Below are positions 42,700-53,315 of a stretch of DNA of 64,000 bases, in pieces; position 1 is the stretch's first letter, and each line of letters starts with the position of its first letter. The notes beneath the pieces are model-generated. The model did no database searches. It worked only from the letters and a program-made list of their open reading frames with translations, and was not told the DNA's origin. The DNA is from an uncultured Clostridium sp. (GTDB taxonomy: Bacteria > Bacillota > Clostridia > TANB77 > CAG-508): NCBI GenBank assembly GCA_947368535.1, contig CANBHY010000002.1, forward strand, positions 95,536-159,535, given 5' to 3'. Made by a program: the position numbers and the translations under genes.

Positions 42700-43488
42700 C
42701 TATTTCATATGTTTTGGTTTATCTTTTGACTCTTGCATTTTTAAAAACTCTTTTGCCAATCTCTCATAACTCTTAGCTCCTTTAGACTTTGGATCATATG
42801 TAGTTATTGGCATTCCATAACTTGGTGCTTCACTAAGTCTTACGTTTCTTGGTATAACAGTTTTATAAACTTTATTATCAAAATACTTTTTAACTTCCTT
42901 TACAACTTGATTAGATAAATTTGTTCTTATATCATACATTGTTAGTATAGCACCTTCAATTTCTAATGTTTTATTTAAATGTTTTTTAACTAAATTTATC
43001 GTATTAATAAGTTGTCCTAATCCTTCTAATGCATAATATTCACATTGTACAGGTATTAAAACAGAATCAGCAGCAGTAAATGAATTTAAAGTTATTAAAC
43101 CAAGTGAAGGTGGACAATCTATAAATATATAATCAAATTTATTTTTAATTGTATCCAATTGTTCCTTCAATCTATGTTCTCTAGACATCTGTGATACTAA
43201 CTCTACCTCTGCACCAGCTAAATTTACATTTGAAGGGCATATTTTTAAATTTTTTTCTACAGTATTTTGTAATGTATCTTCTACGGAGTCCTCATTTATT
43301 AATACATCATATAATGATTTTTCGAAATTTTTTTCTACTCCTAAACCACTTGTAGCATTTCCTTGAGGATCTGCATCTAATAAAAGAACTTTTTTGCCTT
43401 TTTTAGCAAGTAAAGCACTTAAATTAACTGATGTTGTAGTCTTTCCGACTCCTCCTTTTTGATTAGCAATTGCTATAATTTTTCCCAA
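42700..43488 (-). CDS. parA: chromosome partitioning ATPase ParA/Soj
   Basis: Deviant Walker A KGGVGKTT. Length 262 aa. Confidence 0.9.
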   Translation of the reverse strand: MGKIIAIANQKGGVGKTTTSVNLSALLAKKGKKVLLLDADPQGNATSGLGVEKNFEKSLYDVLINEDSVEDTLQNTVEKNLKICPSNVNLAGAEVELVSQMSREHRLKEQLDTIKNKFDYIFIDCPPSLGLITLNSFTAADSVLIPVQCEYYALEGLGQLINTINLVKKHLNKTLEIEGAILTMYDIRTNLSNQVVKEVKKYFDNKVYKTVIPRNVRLSEAPSYGMPITTYDPKSKGAKSYERLAKEFLKMQESKDKPKHMK

Positions 43489-43639
43489 AATAATCCCTCC
43501 AATCTTTCTTTATTATAATATAAAAATTATAATCCTCTGTCAATAAAATTTATAATTATTTTACCCATATTTTTATTTTTTTAATATTTTTATCCTCAGA
43601 TTTTTAAATTTTTTAAAATATTTATACACAAAAATGTGA

Positions 43640-43700
43640 AAATGATAAAAAATTATCCACAGATTATCAACATTTTATCAACAGGTTATCTGTGGAACAT
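43640..43700. promoter_or_regulatory. DnaA-box cluster between parA and rsmG
   Basis: Perfect TTATCCACA at 43653-43661. Two TTATCAACA boxes (one mismatch each) at 43664 and 43675. TTATCTGTGGA at 43686. Confidence 0.55.
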
Positions 43701-43714
43701 TATTTTTTTCATTT

Positions 43715-44434
43715 TCATTTTAATGGTTCTTTAATAGGTTTTCCTTGTTTTCTTGGGTATATTTGTTCGGTATGTTTTTCCTTTAAAATAACTATTATAC
43801 TGCGTCCATTCCCATTTAATTCATATTGTATTTTCTTCTCTATTTTGCCTCCTAAAATCCTAATTGCATTTTTCGATTCTTCTAATTCTTTATCCACATC
43901 TGGTCCTTTTAAACATATACATTTTCCACCTTTTTTTAAAAATGGTAACATATATTCCACTAAAGTTGTCATATTTGAAACAGCTCTAGAAACTACAATG
44001 TCATATTTTTCTCTATATTTTTCATCATGTGCCAAATCTTCTGCTCTACTATGAATAGCAATAATATTATTTAAATTTAATTTTTCAATTGTGTCATTCA
44101 TAAAATTTACTTTTTTATTAACCGCATCCAATAAAGTAATATCCATGTCATTGTTAACAATTTTTATAGGAATTCCTGGGAATCCTGCTCCCGAACCTAA
44201 ATCTAACATTTTATTTCCTACAATTTCATCTTTTATAACTATTGAATCAATAAAATGTTTTATAACAATGTCTTTTTTCTCTTTTATTGCAGTTAAATTT
44301 ATTTTTTCATTCCATTCTATCAAATTATTCATATATAAATAAAATAATTCAATTTGTTTTTCTGAAAGATTTATATTATTTTTCTTTGCTTCATTTTTAA
44401 TAAAATCTTTAATATCTTCCATATTACTCTCCAT
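43715..44434 (-). CDS. rsmG: 16S rRNA (guanine527-N7)-methyltransferase
   Basis: SAM-binding [12 protein letters not shown] motif. Position immediately downstream of mnmG. Confidence 0.85.
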   Translation of the reverse strand: MESNMEDIKDFIKNEAKKNNINLSEKQIELFYLYMNNLIEWNEKINLTAIKEKKDIVIKHFIDSIVIKDEIVGNKMLDLGSGAGFPGIPIKIVNNDMDITLLDAVNKKVNFMNDTIEKLNLNNIIAIHSRAEDLAHDEKYREKYDIVVSRAVSNMTTLVEYMLPFLKKGGKCICLKGPDVDKELEESKNAIRILGGKIEKKIQYELNGNGRSIIVILKEKHTEQIYPRKQGKPIKEPLK

Positions 44435-46310
44435 CTTTTTTGTATTTTCTTTGCTCCAAGTATACTAACAAAACAGATATATCAGCTGGTGAAACGCCTG
44501 ATATTCTAGAAGCTTGTCCAATTGAATATGGACGTATTTTGTTTAATTTTTGTCTTCCTTCTATACGAATACCCTTTATATCATTATAATCAATATCTTT
44601 TGGTAAAATTTTTCTTTCTAGTTTTTTAAAACTTTCTACTTGTGCTTCTTGCATTTTGATATATCCTTCATATTTCACCATAATTTCAACTTCCTCAACC
44701 ACTTCATCTGATAAAAGAGGTCTTTCTGAATCTATATCTTTTAATATTTCATATGTCAATTCTGTTCTCTTAAGTAATTCTGATAATTTAATACCTCCAT
44801 TTAATGCAGATGTTCCATTTTTTTCTAATAATTCATTTACTTTTTTAGTTGGCTTAATTATAGTGTTTTGAAGTCTTTCAATTTCTTTATATATTTCTTC
44901 TTTTTTCTTTAAAAACTTTTTATATCTTTCTTCTGAAATAAGTCCTACTCTGTGTCCTATCTCTGTTAATCTCATATCTGCATTATCTTGTCTTAATAAA
45001 AGCCTATATTCTGCCCTTGATGTCATCATTCTATATGGTTCATTAGTACTTTTAGTAACTATATCATCAATTAAAACACCAATATATGCATCTGATCTAT
45101 CTAATATTACAGGTTCTTCCTCTCTTAATTTTAAAGATGCATTTATTCCTGCAATAATACCTTGTGCAGCAGCTTCTTCATAACCAGATGTACCATTAAT
45201 TTGTCCAGCAAAAAACATTCCATCAATATTCTTAATTTCTAAAGAACTTTTTAATTGAGAAGGTTCTATACAATCATATTCTATAGCATATGCTGGTCTC
45301 GTAAATTCACAATTCTCTAGTCCTGGTAAAGTTCTATACATTGCTATTTGTACATCTTCTGGTAATGATGAACTCATTCCTTGAATATACATTTCATCTG
45401 TATCTAGTCCTAATGGTTCTACAAAAATTTGATGTCTTTCTTTATCAGCAAATCTAACTACTTTATCTTCTATGGATGGACAATATCTTGGTCCTGTTCC
45501 CTCTATTTTTCCAGCATATAAAGGTGACCTATGTAAATTTTCTTTAATTATTTCATGTGTCTTAGAGTTAGTATATGTTAAGTAACAAGGTTCTTGTTCC
45601 CTCTTCTCTAATGTGTCTTCGAAAGAAAAAGCTGGAACATTCTCATCTCCTTCTTGTAATTCCATTTTAGAAAAATCAATACTTTTTTTATTTATTCTAG
45701 CAGGTGTTCCTGTTTTAAATCTAACAATATTAATTCCTAATTTTTTTAGGCATTCTGAGAGCTTATTTGCCGGAAAAACTCCATCCGGTCCACTTTCACA
45801 TGAATATTCACCTACAAATATTTTTCCCTTTAAATACGTTCCTGTAGCTAAAATAACACTATCTACTTCATATATTGCTCCCATATCTGTTTCAACAGCC
45901 TTAATTTTTCCATTTTCTACTTTTATATCAACAATTTCGCCCTGCTTTAAATACAAATTATCTTGCTTTTCTAAAGTATGCTTCATTTCCATTTGATATC
46001 TTTTTCTATCTGCTTGTGCTCTTAAAGAATGTACTGCTGGTCCTTTTGAAGTATTTAACATTTTTATTTGTATTAATGTTTTGTCTATATTTTTCCCCAT
46101 TTCTCCACCTAAAGCATCTATTTCTCTTACTAGATGTCCTTTTGATGATCCGCCTATATGTGGATTACATGGCATATTAGCAACACATTCAAGAGTAATT
46201 GAAAATATTAATGTTTTAAATCCCATTCTAGCTGCTGCCAATGCTGCTTCGCACCCAGCATGTCCTGCTCCTATAACTGCTATATCATATTTTCCTGCAT
46301 TATAACTCAT
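44424..46310 (-). CDS. mnmG: tRNA uridine 5-carboxymethylaminomethyl modification enzyme MnmG
   Basis: FAD-binding N-terminus ([20 protein letters not shown]). 628 aa. Confidence 0.9.
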   Translation of the reverse strand: MSYNAGKYDIAVIGAGHAGCEAALAAARMGFKTLIFSITLECVANMPCNPHIGGSSKGHLVREIDALGGEMGKNIDKTLIQIKMLNTSKGPAVHSLRAQADRKRYQMEMKHTLEKQDNLYLKQGEIVDIKVENGKIKAVETDMGAIYEVDSVILATGTYLKGKIFVGEYSCESGPDGVFPANKLSECLKKLGINIVRFKTGTPARINKKSIDFSKMELQEGDENVPAFSFEDTLEKREQEPCYLTYTNSKTHEIIKENLHRSPLYAGKIEGTGPRYCPSIEDKVVRFADKERHQIFVEPLGLDTDEMYIQGMSSSLPEDVQIAMYRTLPGLENCEFTRPAYAIEYDCIEPSQLKSSLEIKNIDGMFFAGQINGTSGYEEAAAQGIIAGINASLKLREEEPVILDRSDAYIGVLIDDIVTKSTNEPYRMMTSRAEYRLLLRQDNADMRLTEIGHRVGLISEERYKKFLKKKEEIYKEIERLQNTIIKPTKKVNELLEKNGTSALNGGIKLSELLKRTELTYEILKDIDSERPLLSDEVVEEVEIMVKYEGYIKMQEAQVESFKKLERKILPKDIDYNDIKGIRIEGRQKLNKIRPYSIGQASRISGVSPADISVLLVYLEQRKYKKDGE

Positions 46311-46337
46311 TTTATTTCCCCTCTTAAATTAAATATT

Positions 46338-47696
46338 TTATTTTCCTAAACAGAATTTAGAAAAAATCTCAGAAATCACATCGTCTGTAACACTCTCTCC
46401 TGTAATCTTTCCTAACTCTTCTAATATTTCTTTTATATAAATTGAAATAACATCAATTGGCATCCCATTTTCTAAAGTTTCTTTTGCTTTTTTTAATGAT
46501 TCTTCTGCTCTAACTATTAAAGCTCTATGTCTAGAATTTATTATAATATTTTCCCCATCAATATTAATTTCTTCCATCTCTGTTAATTTTTGCATAATTT
46601 TAATTAAATCCTCAAATCCATCTTGCGTCTTTGTAGATATTTTTACTATATTTTTACTATATTCATAAAATATTTTATCTTCAACTTTTTGATCATTTAA
46701 ATCAATTTTATTTAAAAGAATTATAGAATTTTTATTTTTTAATATTTGTAAAATATTTCTATCTTCGTCATTAATTTCTCTAGTAATATCAAAAATAGCA
46801 ATAATTAAATCACTTTTATTAGCAATGTCTATCGCCTTTTTAACACCTATTTTTTCTACAGTATCATTTGTATCTCTTATTCCTGCTGTATCTATTATTT
46901 TAAAAGGAACTCCTCCTATTGTCATATACTCTTCAATAGTATCACGAGTTGTTCCCTCAATATCAGTTACAATAGCCCTTTCTTCATTTAAGAATAAATT
47001 TAGCAAAGAAGATTTCCCCGCATTAGGTCTGCCAATTATTGCTGTCTTTACTCCCTCTCTTAAAATTTTTCCATTTATAAAAGATTTTTCTAATTTAATT
47101 AATTTTTTTTCATTTTTTTCTAATATATCTATTATTTTTTTATTTGTTATTTCTACCTCATCATATTCTGGATAATCTATAGAAACTTCAATATCTGCTA
47201 ATCCTGAAATTAAATCTTCTCTAATTTCTTTTATCTTTTTGGATAAATTTCCTTCTAGTTGATTTATTGATGCTTCTGCTTCTTTATCACTTTTACTATT
47301 AATTACATCTATAACAGCCTCTGCCTGTGTTAAATCAATTCTTCCATTTAAGAAAGCTCTTTTGGTAAATTCTCCTGGCTCTGCTAATTCTGCCCCGTTT
47401 TTCAAACATAAATCTAAAATTTTTCTCATTATTATATTTCCACCATGAGAATTTATTTCACACATATTTTCGGTAGTATAACTTCTAGGTTCTAAAAAAT
47501 ATGAAACAAGTACTTCATCTATTGTTTCTTCACCATCTAAAATTTTTCCATATTTAATAGTATATCCTTTTTCAACAGACTTATTGATAGGTTTAAATAT
47601 TTTATCTAATACTTTAAAACAATCTTTTCCACTCATCCTTATAATTCCAATTCCGCCAATTCCTGGTGCTGTTGATATAGCAACAATTGTAGACAT
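46338..47696 (-). CDS. mnmE: tRNA modification GTPase MnmE
   Basis: TIVAISTAPG N-terminus, G-domain (GRPNAGKSSLLN, DTAGIR) and C-terminal CLGK. Confidence 0.9.
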   Translation of the reverse strand: MSTIVAISTAPGIGGIGIIRMSGKDCFKVLDKIFKPINKSVEKGYTIKYGKILDGEETIDEVLVSYFLEPRSYTTENMCEINSHGGNIIMRKILDLCLKNGAELAEPGEFTKRAFLNGRIDLTQAEAVIDVINSKSDKEAEASINQLEGNLSKKIKEIREDLISGLADIEVSIDYPEYDEVEITNKKIIDILEKNEKKLIKLEKSFINGKILREGVKTAIIGRPNAGKSSLLNLFLNEERAIVTDIEGTTRDTIEEYMTIGGVPFKIIDTAGIRDTNDTVEKIGVKKAIDIANKSDLIIAIFDITREINDEDRNILQILKNKNSIILLNKIDLNDQKVEDKIFYEYSKNIVKISTKTQDGFEDLIKIMQKLTEMEEINIDGENIIINSRHRALIVRAEESLKKAKETLENGMPIDVISIYIKEILEELGKITGESVTDDVISEIFSKFCLGK

Positions 47697-47911
47697 ATTT
47701 TTCTCCTTTTTAAAAATCTTATTTAATAAAATTAATTCATTTTCTATTAAATAAAATCATTTTTATTCGTTTTAGCTTATTTTTTAAGTTTTTCGCTATT
47801 TTTCCTCTTTTTTTCTATTTTTAGCTATTTTTAATTATTTTTTATATTTTAAAAATAAATAATATTAAAATTGGGATGCACTTATTATATTAGCACACCC
47901 CACATTAATAT

Positions 47912-48601
47912 CTATTTTTTTAATGAAACTACTATTTTTCTATTAGGCTCTTCTCCAATACTATGTGTCTCCACTTTTGAATTTTCTTGTAATTTAGAAT
48001 GTATTATCTTTCTTTCATATGATGTCATTGGTTCAAGTGTAATAGATTTTCTTTTCTTTATAACTGTTCCTGCAATTTTATCTGCGAGGTCTTTCAAATC
48101 TTTTTCTCTTTTTTCTTTGTATCCTCCTATATTAAGTAAAACTCTTGCTCTCTCGTTTAATTCATTATTAGCTATATTATTTAAAATAACTTGCAATGAA
48201 TTTAAAACATTTCCTCTATATCCAATTAAATATCCTGTATCTTCTCCTTTTACATCAACAAATATATCATTTTTTTCATTTTTTATTTCATATTTTAAAT
48301 CATTCGTTGGTAATTTAGAAATAAATTCATCTAAAAATTTTCTAATATTTTCTTCTGCTTTTATCTCTGATTCTGCTGAAATATCTATTTTTTCTTTTTT
48401 TATACTTTTTTCAATGCCCTCTTTTACAATTAATTCCACTTTTACTACTCTAGGTGTTAATATATTAAAAAAGCTTCTTTTATCTTCAGATTCTAATATC
48501 TTTACATCAACTTGCTTTCTAGAAACATTTAACTCTTTTAATCCTTTTTCTATTGCTTCATTTGTTGTTCTTCCCTCATATATATTACTCATTTTCTCCA
48601 T
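47912..48601 (-). CDS. jag: Jag/KhpB RNA-binding protein (Jag_N, KH, R3H domains)
   Basis: N-terminus matches Jag_N (YEGRTTNEAIEKGLKELNVS). C-terminal R3H-like region. Conserved position after yidC. Confidence 0.8.
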   Translation of the reverse strand: MEKMSNIYEGRTTNEAIEKGLKELNVSRKQVDVKILESEDKRSFFNILTPRVVKVELIVKEGIEKSIKKEKIDISAESEIKAEENIRKFLDEFISKLPTNDLKYEIKNEKNDIFVDVKGEDTGYLIGYRGNVLNSLQVILNNIANNELNERARVLLNIGGYKEKREKDLKDLADKIAGTVIKKRKSITLEPMTSYERKIIHSKLQENSKVETHSIGEEPNRKIVVSLKK

Positions 48602-49478
48602 CCTCCTTAGATTTCATCACTTTTGTTAATATTATTCTTTGAATAGTAGTTGTAATATTATTAACAAGCCAATATAGTGCCAATCCTAAAGGAGCTATTG
48701 CTGCAACTGAAACTGCCATAATAGGCATCATTATCATCATCTGCTTATTCATAGCTTCAGCTGTATCAAAATCATCTTCTTCCTCACCAGCTTTGATAAG
48801 AGCTTTTTTCTCCCTTTTCTTTCTTTCTTCCTCTTCTTTTTCTTCTTTCGATAATTTTTTCTTACCTGCAGAAGTAGTAATTTTCATTGAAATTATAGAA
48901 GAAATAACATATAAACCAGGAATTATATATACTGTTGGATTTCCCCAATTTCTTGATGGAATATTACTTAAATCAATTCCTAAAAAATCCATTTCTATTG
49001 AAATAGTATTATCATTTGCTTTTCTAGCTTCTCTAATAATATCAATTTCTTTATAATTAGACTGCTGACTTATTTCATACTTGTTAATATACTCATCTAT
49101 TTTTGCTTTATCCATATTCTCCATATATGTAAGAGGTTGTCTTACTAGGTAAAATATAGAAATAAATAAAATTAATTGAATAATTGACTCAAAACATCCT
49201 GAACATGGACTCATTTTTTCTCTTTTATATAAATCCATTGTTTCCTGTCCAAGTCTAACTTGATCATTTTTATATTTTTCTTGTAATTCTTTTACTTTTG
49301 CCTGAATTTTATTATTTTTTATCATTGTTTTTTGTTGTCTAATTGTAAATGGTAATAAAATTATTTGTACAGCAATCGTAAATAAAATAATAGCAATTCC
49401 ATAATTGTTTACATATGAATAAATAAAATTTAACAAATATCCAAAAATACCTGCTAAAAAACTAATAATTGTTCCCAT
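48585..49478 (-). CDS. yidC: membrane protein insertase YidC/SpoIIIJ
   Basis: Polytopic membrane protein with a conserved PLGLALYWLVNN region and a basic C-terminal tail. Conserved position. Confidence 0.85.
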   Translation of the reverse strand: MGTIISFLAGIFGYLLNFIYSYVNNYGIAIILFTIAVQIILLPFTIRQQKTMIKNNKIQAKVKELQEKYKNDQVRLGQETMDLYKREKMSPCSGCFESIIQLILFISIFYLVRQPLTYMENMDKAKIDEYINKYEISQQSNYKEIDIIREARKANDNTISIEMDFLGIDLSNIPSRNWGNPTVYIIPGLYVISSIISMKITTSAGKKKLSKEEKEEEERKKREKKALIKAGEEEDDFDTAEAMNKQMMIMMPIMAVSVAAIAPLGLALYWLVNNITTTIQRIILTKVMKSKEDGENE

Positions 49479-49488
49479 AAAACCTCCA

Positions 49489-49707
49489 TTATTTTAGCGG
49501 ATCATATCCTCCCTTAGAAAAAGGATTACACCTCAAAAATCTCCAAACGCCTAAAAGAAAGCCTTTTAAAAATCCATATTTTTCGATTGCTTGTTTCATA
49601 TATTCAGAACATGTTGGGTAATATTTACAATGTATTCCTCTAAAACTAAATATTGGAGATATTCTCTTCTTATAAAAATTTAATAAAAAAATAGAAATTT
49701 TTTTCAT
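49489..49707 (-). CDS. yidD: membrane protein insertion efficiency factor YidD
   Basis: 72 aa, with a conserved YKKRISP...CKYYPTCSEY motif. Confidence 0.8.
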   Translation of the reverse strand: MKKISIFLLNFYKKRISPIFSFRGIHCKYYPTCSEYMKQAIEKYGFLKGFLLGVWRFLRCNPFSKGGYDPLK

Positions 49708-50054
49708 TTAATTTCCTTTATTTTTCCGGCTTTTTTTAAAATATTAGTTAAATCATTTTTTGTCTCAAAAAAAGTTGCAAGTTCAGGATTAACTTTTTTA
49801 TTCCATATAATAAGAATATTTAAGTTCGAATCTACTTCATTTTCTATTGATGTATATGCTTCTCTTATATATCTTTTTATATGATTTCTTGTTACGCTCC
49901 CCCCTACTTTTTTACTTACAACAATTCCTAACTTATTTTTTATATTATTATTTTCAAATACAAATACTTCTAAAAACTTACCAGAAAAAAACTTACCTTT
50001 TTTAAAAAAATATTTAAATTCATAATTTTTTTTAATTATTTCTGTTTTTTTCAT
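49704..50054 (-). CDS. rnpA: ribonuclease P protein component
   Basis: 116 aa basic protein with the RNR-type motif (VTRNHIKRYIRE). Lies between rpmH and yidD. Confidence 0.85.
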   Translation of the reverse strand: MKKTEIIKKNYEFKYFFKKGKFFSGKFLEVFVFENNNIKNKLGIVVSKKVGGSVTRNHIKRYIREAYTSIENEVDSNLNILIIWNKKVNPELATFFETKNDLTNILKKAGKIKEIK

Positions 50055-50075
50055 TTTTCCTACTTACCATAATTG

Positions 50076-50100
50076 CAAAAAAGGGCGCATCTTCGCCCCT
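50076..50100 (-). terminator. rho-independent terminator after rpmH
   Basis: On the minus strand, AGGGGCGAAGATGCGCCCTTTTTTGCAATT. This is a GC stem followed by a T-run. Confidence 0.6.
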
Positions 50101-50107
50101 ACTTCAA

Positions 50108-50242
50108 TTATGCACTTATTACTTTTCTTCCTTTTGCTCTTCTTGCTTTTAAAATATTTCTTCCTGATCTAGTTTTCATTCTTTTCATAAAACCATGTTC
50201 TTTTTGTCTTTGTCTCTTTTTTGGTTGTAATGTTCTCTTCAT
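50108..50242 (-). CDS. rpmH: 50S ribosomal protein L34
   Basis: Minus-strand translation is [44 protein letters not shown]. Not in the ORF track because it is under 60 aa. The track's plus-strand ORF 50073..50294 is its shadow. Confidence 0.9.
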   Translation of the reverse strand: MKRTLQPKKRQRQKEHGFMKRMKTRSGRNILKARRAKGRKVISA

Positions 50243-50500
50243 ATTGCACCTCCTATATCTATTATATAATTTTTCATTTCTCAAAAGTAATTAAAATTAT
50301 ACAACAAAACCTTCAAAAATGTCAATACTAAAGCTTTATTTATATTTTGTTTAAACATCTTATTGACTATTGAAAGATAAATTGATATTATAAAGCCGAT
50401 AAAACAATAGGGATATTATGCTACGCAAATAATAATTAGAAGTATTTCATCAACCCTAATTTTGAATTATCTACTTATATAATTAAGGAGGTTATTTATT

Positions 50501-51856
50501 TTGTTAGATAAAAACGAACTTTTAAATCAAGCAAAAGAGCTTTTAAAAAATGAGATGACAAATATATCATATGCAACATGGATTAAAACTTTAGAAATAG
50601 GAAACATATATGATAATAAAATTGAACTAATAACAACAAATGCAATGCAAACAGATGCAATTAAATCTAGATATTGTGATTTAATTGTTAATACTTTCAA
50701 TTTTCTAACAAATAAATCTTGGCAATTAGAAATTATCGATTCATCTGATAGTTCTAATATAACAAGTGCTCAAGAAGCTTTAGATAATTCATTTGATTCT
50801 TTAACTTCTAGTCCAGAATATAGTAAAACTTCCTTAAATCCAAAATATACTTTTGATACCTTTGTAGTAGGAAATAATAACCGATTTGCTCATGCCGCAG
50901 CATTAGCAGTTTCTGAAGCACCATCATCTATGTATAATCCATTATTTATATATGGGGGAGTTGGTTTAGGAAAAACTCACTTAATGCAAGCAATCGGAAA
51001 TGAAATACTAAAAAGGGATTCTTCTAAAAAGGTATTATACGTAACATCCGAAGCATTTACAAATGAATTAGTAAATGCCATTAAAGATGCTAATTATAAA
51101 AACGAATTATTTAGAAATAAATATAGAAATATAGATATTTTATTAATTGATGATATACAATTTTTTGCTGGAAAAAATACAGCTCAAGAAGAATTTTTCC
51201 ATACTTTTAATACATTACATCAAAATGGTAAACAAATAATTCTTTCTAGTGATAAACCACCAAGAGATATTGCTTTATTAGAAGATAGATTAAAATCTCG
51301 TTTTGAATGGGGATTAATAGCAGATATATCAATGCCAGATTATGAAATGAGATTAGCAATATTAAGAAAGAAAACTCAAATGGAAGGCATTTTAATAGAT
51401 GACGATATTCTTTCATTAATTGCCACAAAAATAGATTCAAATATTAGAGAATTAGAAGGAGTATTAAACAAAATACTAGCCTATACATCATTAACTCATA
51501 GTCCAATAACAATCGAAGTAGTAGAAAAAGCAATAAATGATGTTACTTTACAAAAAGAAAATATTATTTCTGCAGACTATATTCAAGATGTAGTAGCAAA
51601 TTATTTTAAAATAGATAAAAAAGACATGGTATCAGCAAAAAAATCAAATGACATCGCATATCCAAGACAAATAGCTATGTACCTTTGTAGAACAGTGGGA
51701 CAAATGTCTTTCCCTAGAATAGGAAACGACTTTGGGGGAAGAGATCATACAACGGTAATGCATGCTTTCAAAAAAATAGAAAAAGAAATAAAAGAAAACA
51801 CAAATACAAAATTAATTGTGGAAAGTGTTAAAACAATAATTACAAACAAAAAATAA
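50501..51856 (+). CDS. dnaA: chromosomal replication initiator protein DnaA
   Basis: AAA+ Walker A (GGVGLGKTHL) and Walker B (LLIDDIQF). C-terminal DNA-binding domain (YPRQIAMYLCR...TVGQ...IGNDFGGRDHTTVMHA). TTG start 11 nt after an AGGAGG RBS. Confidence 0.9.
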   Translation: MLDKNELLNQAKELLKNEMTNISYATWIKTLEIGNIYDNKIELITTNAMQTDAIKSRYCDLIVNTFNFLTNKSWQLEIIDSSDSSNITSAQEALDNSFDSLTSSPEYSKTSLNPKYTFDTFVVGNNNRFAHAAALAVSEAPSSMYNPLFIYGGVGLGKTHLMQAIGNEILKRDSSKKVLYVTSEAFTNELVNAIKDANYKNELFRNKYRNIDILLIDDIQFFAGKNTAQEEFFHTFNTLHQNGKQIILSSDKPPRDIALLEDRLKSRFEWGLIADISMPDYEMRLAILRKKTQMEGILIDDDILSLIATKIDSNIRELEGVLNKILAYTSLTHSPITIEVVEKAINDVTLQKENIISADYIQDVVANYFKIDKKDMVSAKKSNDIAYPRQIAMYLCRTVGQMSFPRIGNDFGGRDHTTVMHAFKKIEKEIKENTNTKLIVESVKTIITNKK

Positions 51857-52198
51857 ATTTGATAAAACTTATATATCAATTTTATCGAATTTTTTATAAA
51901 AAAAGGTGTTTTACGAACAAAAGTATTATCAAAAAAATTCAATTTGTTCCTACGGAAGAGCAAGAAAAGATATCAACAGATTAGTGTTTAAAACGTGTTA
52001 AATTTCTGTTTATAATCAACATATGCACATAAAAAGTTTAATAATGTGGATAAATTTATTTTTTATTCACAGGTTTATAAACATCAAATTTTCTGCGGAT
52101 ATAAACAATAAACAGACTTTTCCACAGAATCCACACCACCTAATACTAATACTACTATATATATTTATATTATTTTATAAAAAAAGGAGTTTGAAAAA
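51857..52198. promoter_or_regulatory. oriC: dnaA-dnaN intergenic DnaA-box cluster plus AT-rich DNA-unwinding element
   Basis: TGTGGATAA (perfect box, reverse orientation) at 52045-52053. TTATTCACA at 52063. TTTTCCACA at 52117. AATCCACAC at 52128. Then a pure A/T tract (CTATATATATTTATATTATTTTATAAAAAAA) immediately before dnaN. Confidence 0.7.
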
Positions 52199-53314
52199 AT
52201 GAAAATAGTATGCGAAAAAGAAAAACTTCTAAAAGGTATTAATTCCGTAATAAATGGAGTTGCATCTAAAACAACAATGCCTGTATTAGAAGGTATACTT
52301 ATTCAAACAAAAGATAAAGAAGTAAAATTAACAAGTTATGATTTAGAAATAGGAATCGAATACATTATTGAATGTAATGTAAAAGAAGAAGGAAGTACAG
52401 TAGTAAATGCAACAATGTTTACTGAAATAATAAGAAAACTTCCTGATACAGAAATAACTATTTCTATAAATGAAAAAAATTTATTAGAAATAGAATGTGA
52501 AGGATCATTATATAAATTAGCAACAATGGATCCTAATGAATTTCCAGAATTACCTAAAATAAATATAGATAATTCAATAGAAATAGAACAAAATTTACTT
52601 AAAAATATGATAAGAAAAACAATTTTCGCTGTAAGTAATGAAGAAAATAGACCAATATTTACAGGATGTTTATTTGAAGTAGTAGATAATAAATTAAACG
52701 TAGTTGCTGTTGATGGATATAGACTAGCATTAAAAACTAATATACTAAACAATAATACAAATAGTTTTCATGCAGTAATTCCAGGAAAAACACTAAATGA
52801 AATAAATAAAATAATAGTAGATTCTTTTGATACAATAAAAATAGGTATTTCAAAAAACCAAGCTTTATTTGAAATGGAAAACTGTAAAATTGTAACAAGA
52901 TTATTAGATGGAGAATTCTTAAATTATAATAATGCAATTCCAGCAAATTGGGAAACAAGAATAAGAGTAAATAAAAATAATATTCAAAATTGTTTTGAAA
53001 GAATAATATTAATATCTTCATCATCAATAGAAAAAGAGAAAAAATATCCAGTAAAAATATCAATAGAAATAGGAAAAGTAATAATTTCTTGTACAAATCA
53101 AACAGGTGATGCTAAAGAAGAAATTATAGTATCAACTGAAGGAAAGAACTTAGAAGTAGGGTTTAATCCAAGATATTTCTTAGATGCATTAAAAGTAATA
53201 GAAGATGAGGAAGTTTATATTGAATTTGGTACAAACATTTCACCATGTATAATAAGTCCAGTAGAAAGTGACGAATATAAATATATGATTTTACCTATAA
53301 GAATGAAGGAATAA
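52199..53314 (+). CDS. dnaN: DNA polymerase III beta sliding clamp
   Basis: 371 aa. MKIVCEKEKLLKGINSV N-terminus. Conserved position after dnaA. Confidence 0.9.
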   Translation: MKIVCEKEKLLKGINSVINGVASKTTMPVLEGILIQTKDKEVKLTSYDLEIGIEYIIECNVKEEGSTVVNATMFTEIIRKLPDTEITISINEKNLLEIECEGSLYKLATMDPNEFPELPKINIDNSIEIEQNLLKNMIRKTIFAVSNEENRPIFTGCLFEVVDNKLNVVAVDGYRLALKTNILNNNTNSFHAVIPGKTLNEINKIIVDSFDTIKIGISKNQALFEMENCKIVTRLLDGEFLNYNNAIPANWETRIRVNKNNIQNCFERIILISSSSIEKEKKYPVKISIEIGKVIISCTNQTGDAKEEIIVSTEGKNLEVGFNPRYFLDALKVIEDEEVYIEFGTNISPCIISPVESDEYKYMILPIRMKE

Positions 53315-53315
53315 T

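Noticed and set aside
41849-43488. Canonical parS (TGTTTCACGTGAAACA) near parAB or in the desert
   Set aside because: No full match was found by eye. Only a TTTCACGT half-site-like string occurs near 30045. A computational scan is needed.
47871-48629. 252-aa plus-strand ORF
   Set aside because: It is entirely antisense to jag. The translation is low complexity and S/F/L-rich. Shadow ORF.
50073-50294. Plus-strand 73-aa ORF
   Set aside because: It is the antisense shadow of rpmH (L34) on the minus strand.
52336-53096. Minus-strand ORFs 52336..52752 and 52737..53096
   Set aside because: They are antisense shadows within dnaN.
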